This document shows positions 63,500-64,000 of a stretch of 64,000 nucleotides of DNA, in pieces. A program made the translations under genes and the position numbers. A model generated the notes under the pieces. The model had not been told where the DNA came from and ran no database searches. It worked only from the letters and a program-made list of their open reading frames with translations. The stretch's first letter is position 1. The number at the start of each line of letters is the position of its first letter. This DNA comes from Octopus sinensis (Eukaryota). Location of the stretch: NCBI RefSeq assembly GCF_006345805.1, contig NC_043008.1, forward strand, positions 26,846,001 through 26,910,000, written 5' to 3'.

Positions 63500-64000
63500 A
63501 ACACTTAACTGGTCCCATTGAGTGATTTTGATTTTAGCAAGGTATGATGGCAAAAACAGTATACTGCTGAGCCTGGTTGTAAAGCCAAGCTCTTTAGATA
63601 ATATTTATCTCTATGTTTGCCTTTGGAAATGCTTTCTTTTCTTTTGCTGACGGTCATATAAGGATGTGCTAATATATGACAAATATTGCTAAGGTTAATT
63701 ATTGATAAACAACCATTCATTTCAAGAGCATAATGTAGTTGCATTTCTCAATCAGTAGATAAATTTCTTATACTTAAATTGCTTATTTTGCAGAAGCTGT
63801 TCCTCTGCTCAAGACACCAGTTGTGGAGGAAATTTTCAGCAATCCACTGTTGCTATTCTATTTAGTATTTTTGCAGTGACTTTGGTTCTGTATACAATAC
63901 CTTTCTGTTAGCATTCCCCATTAAATCGATATTTGCTCAGGATGTTATAATTACAATTGTGATTGAGGTTTATATATTTCACACATTATGTAGTTGTATT
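63500..64000 (-). mobile_element. Decayed Penelope-like GIY-YIG region, truncated by window end
   Basis: FNGEC*QKGIVYRTKVTAK and IEINII*RAWLYNQA resemble PLE CPL.GEC..KGIVY..V and W.I..RA..YNP motifs. Confidence 0.55.

Noticed and set aside
1-64000. Most ORFs in the supplied six-frame track (e.g. 3730-4116, 8308-8628, 39852-40160, 61025-61543) as genes
   Set aside because: They are translations of microsatellites, AT-rich DNA or antisense transposon sequence. Only those matching mariner, maT, RTE or PLE proteins were used.

Overview
AT-rich eukaryotic DNA, dense in microsatellites and transposons. The SINE families and RTE (ATG)n tails look like those of Octopus/coleoid cephalopods; this is inference from recalled repeat families, not a database match. 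Most of the window reads as intron or intergenic DNA. It contains several Tc1/mariner relics, a hAT relic, a pogo/Tigger relic, RTE LINE 3' ends, three tRNA-derived SINE families, Helentron-like non-autonomous elements and three Penelope-like (PLE) coding remnants. A chain of small, phase-compatible minus-strand exon candidates (about 61.1 kb down to 13.5 kb) suggests a host gene that I cannot name. The most striking signal is type I hammerhead ribozyme (HHR) motifs at six loci, five of them inside inverted-repeat or foldback structures. They include (a) a 485-bp circularly permuted, apparently non-coding retrozyme-like unit at 62.4-63.2 kb, (b) a 560-bp foldback with an HHR near each end, and (c) two unrelated elements sharing a U3:A8 variant core (UUGAAAA). 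All alignments and folds were done by eye, and none of the ribozymes is shown to be active.
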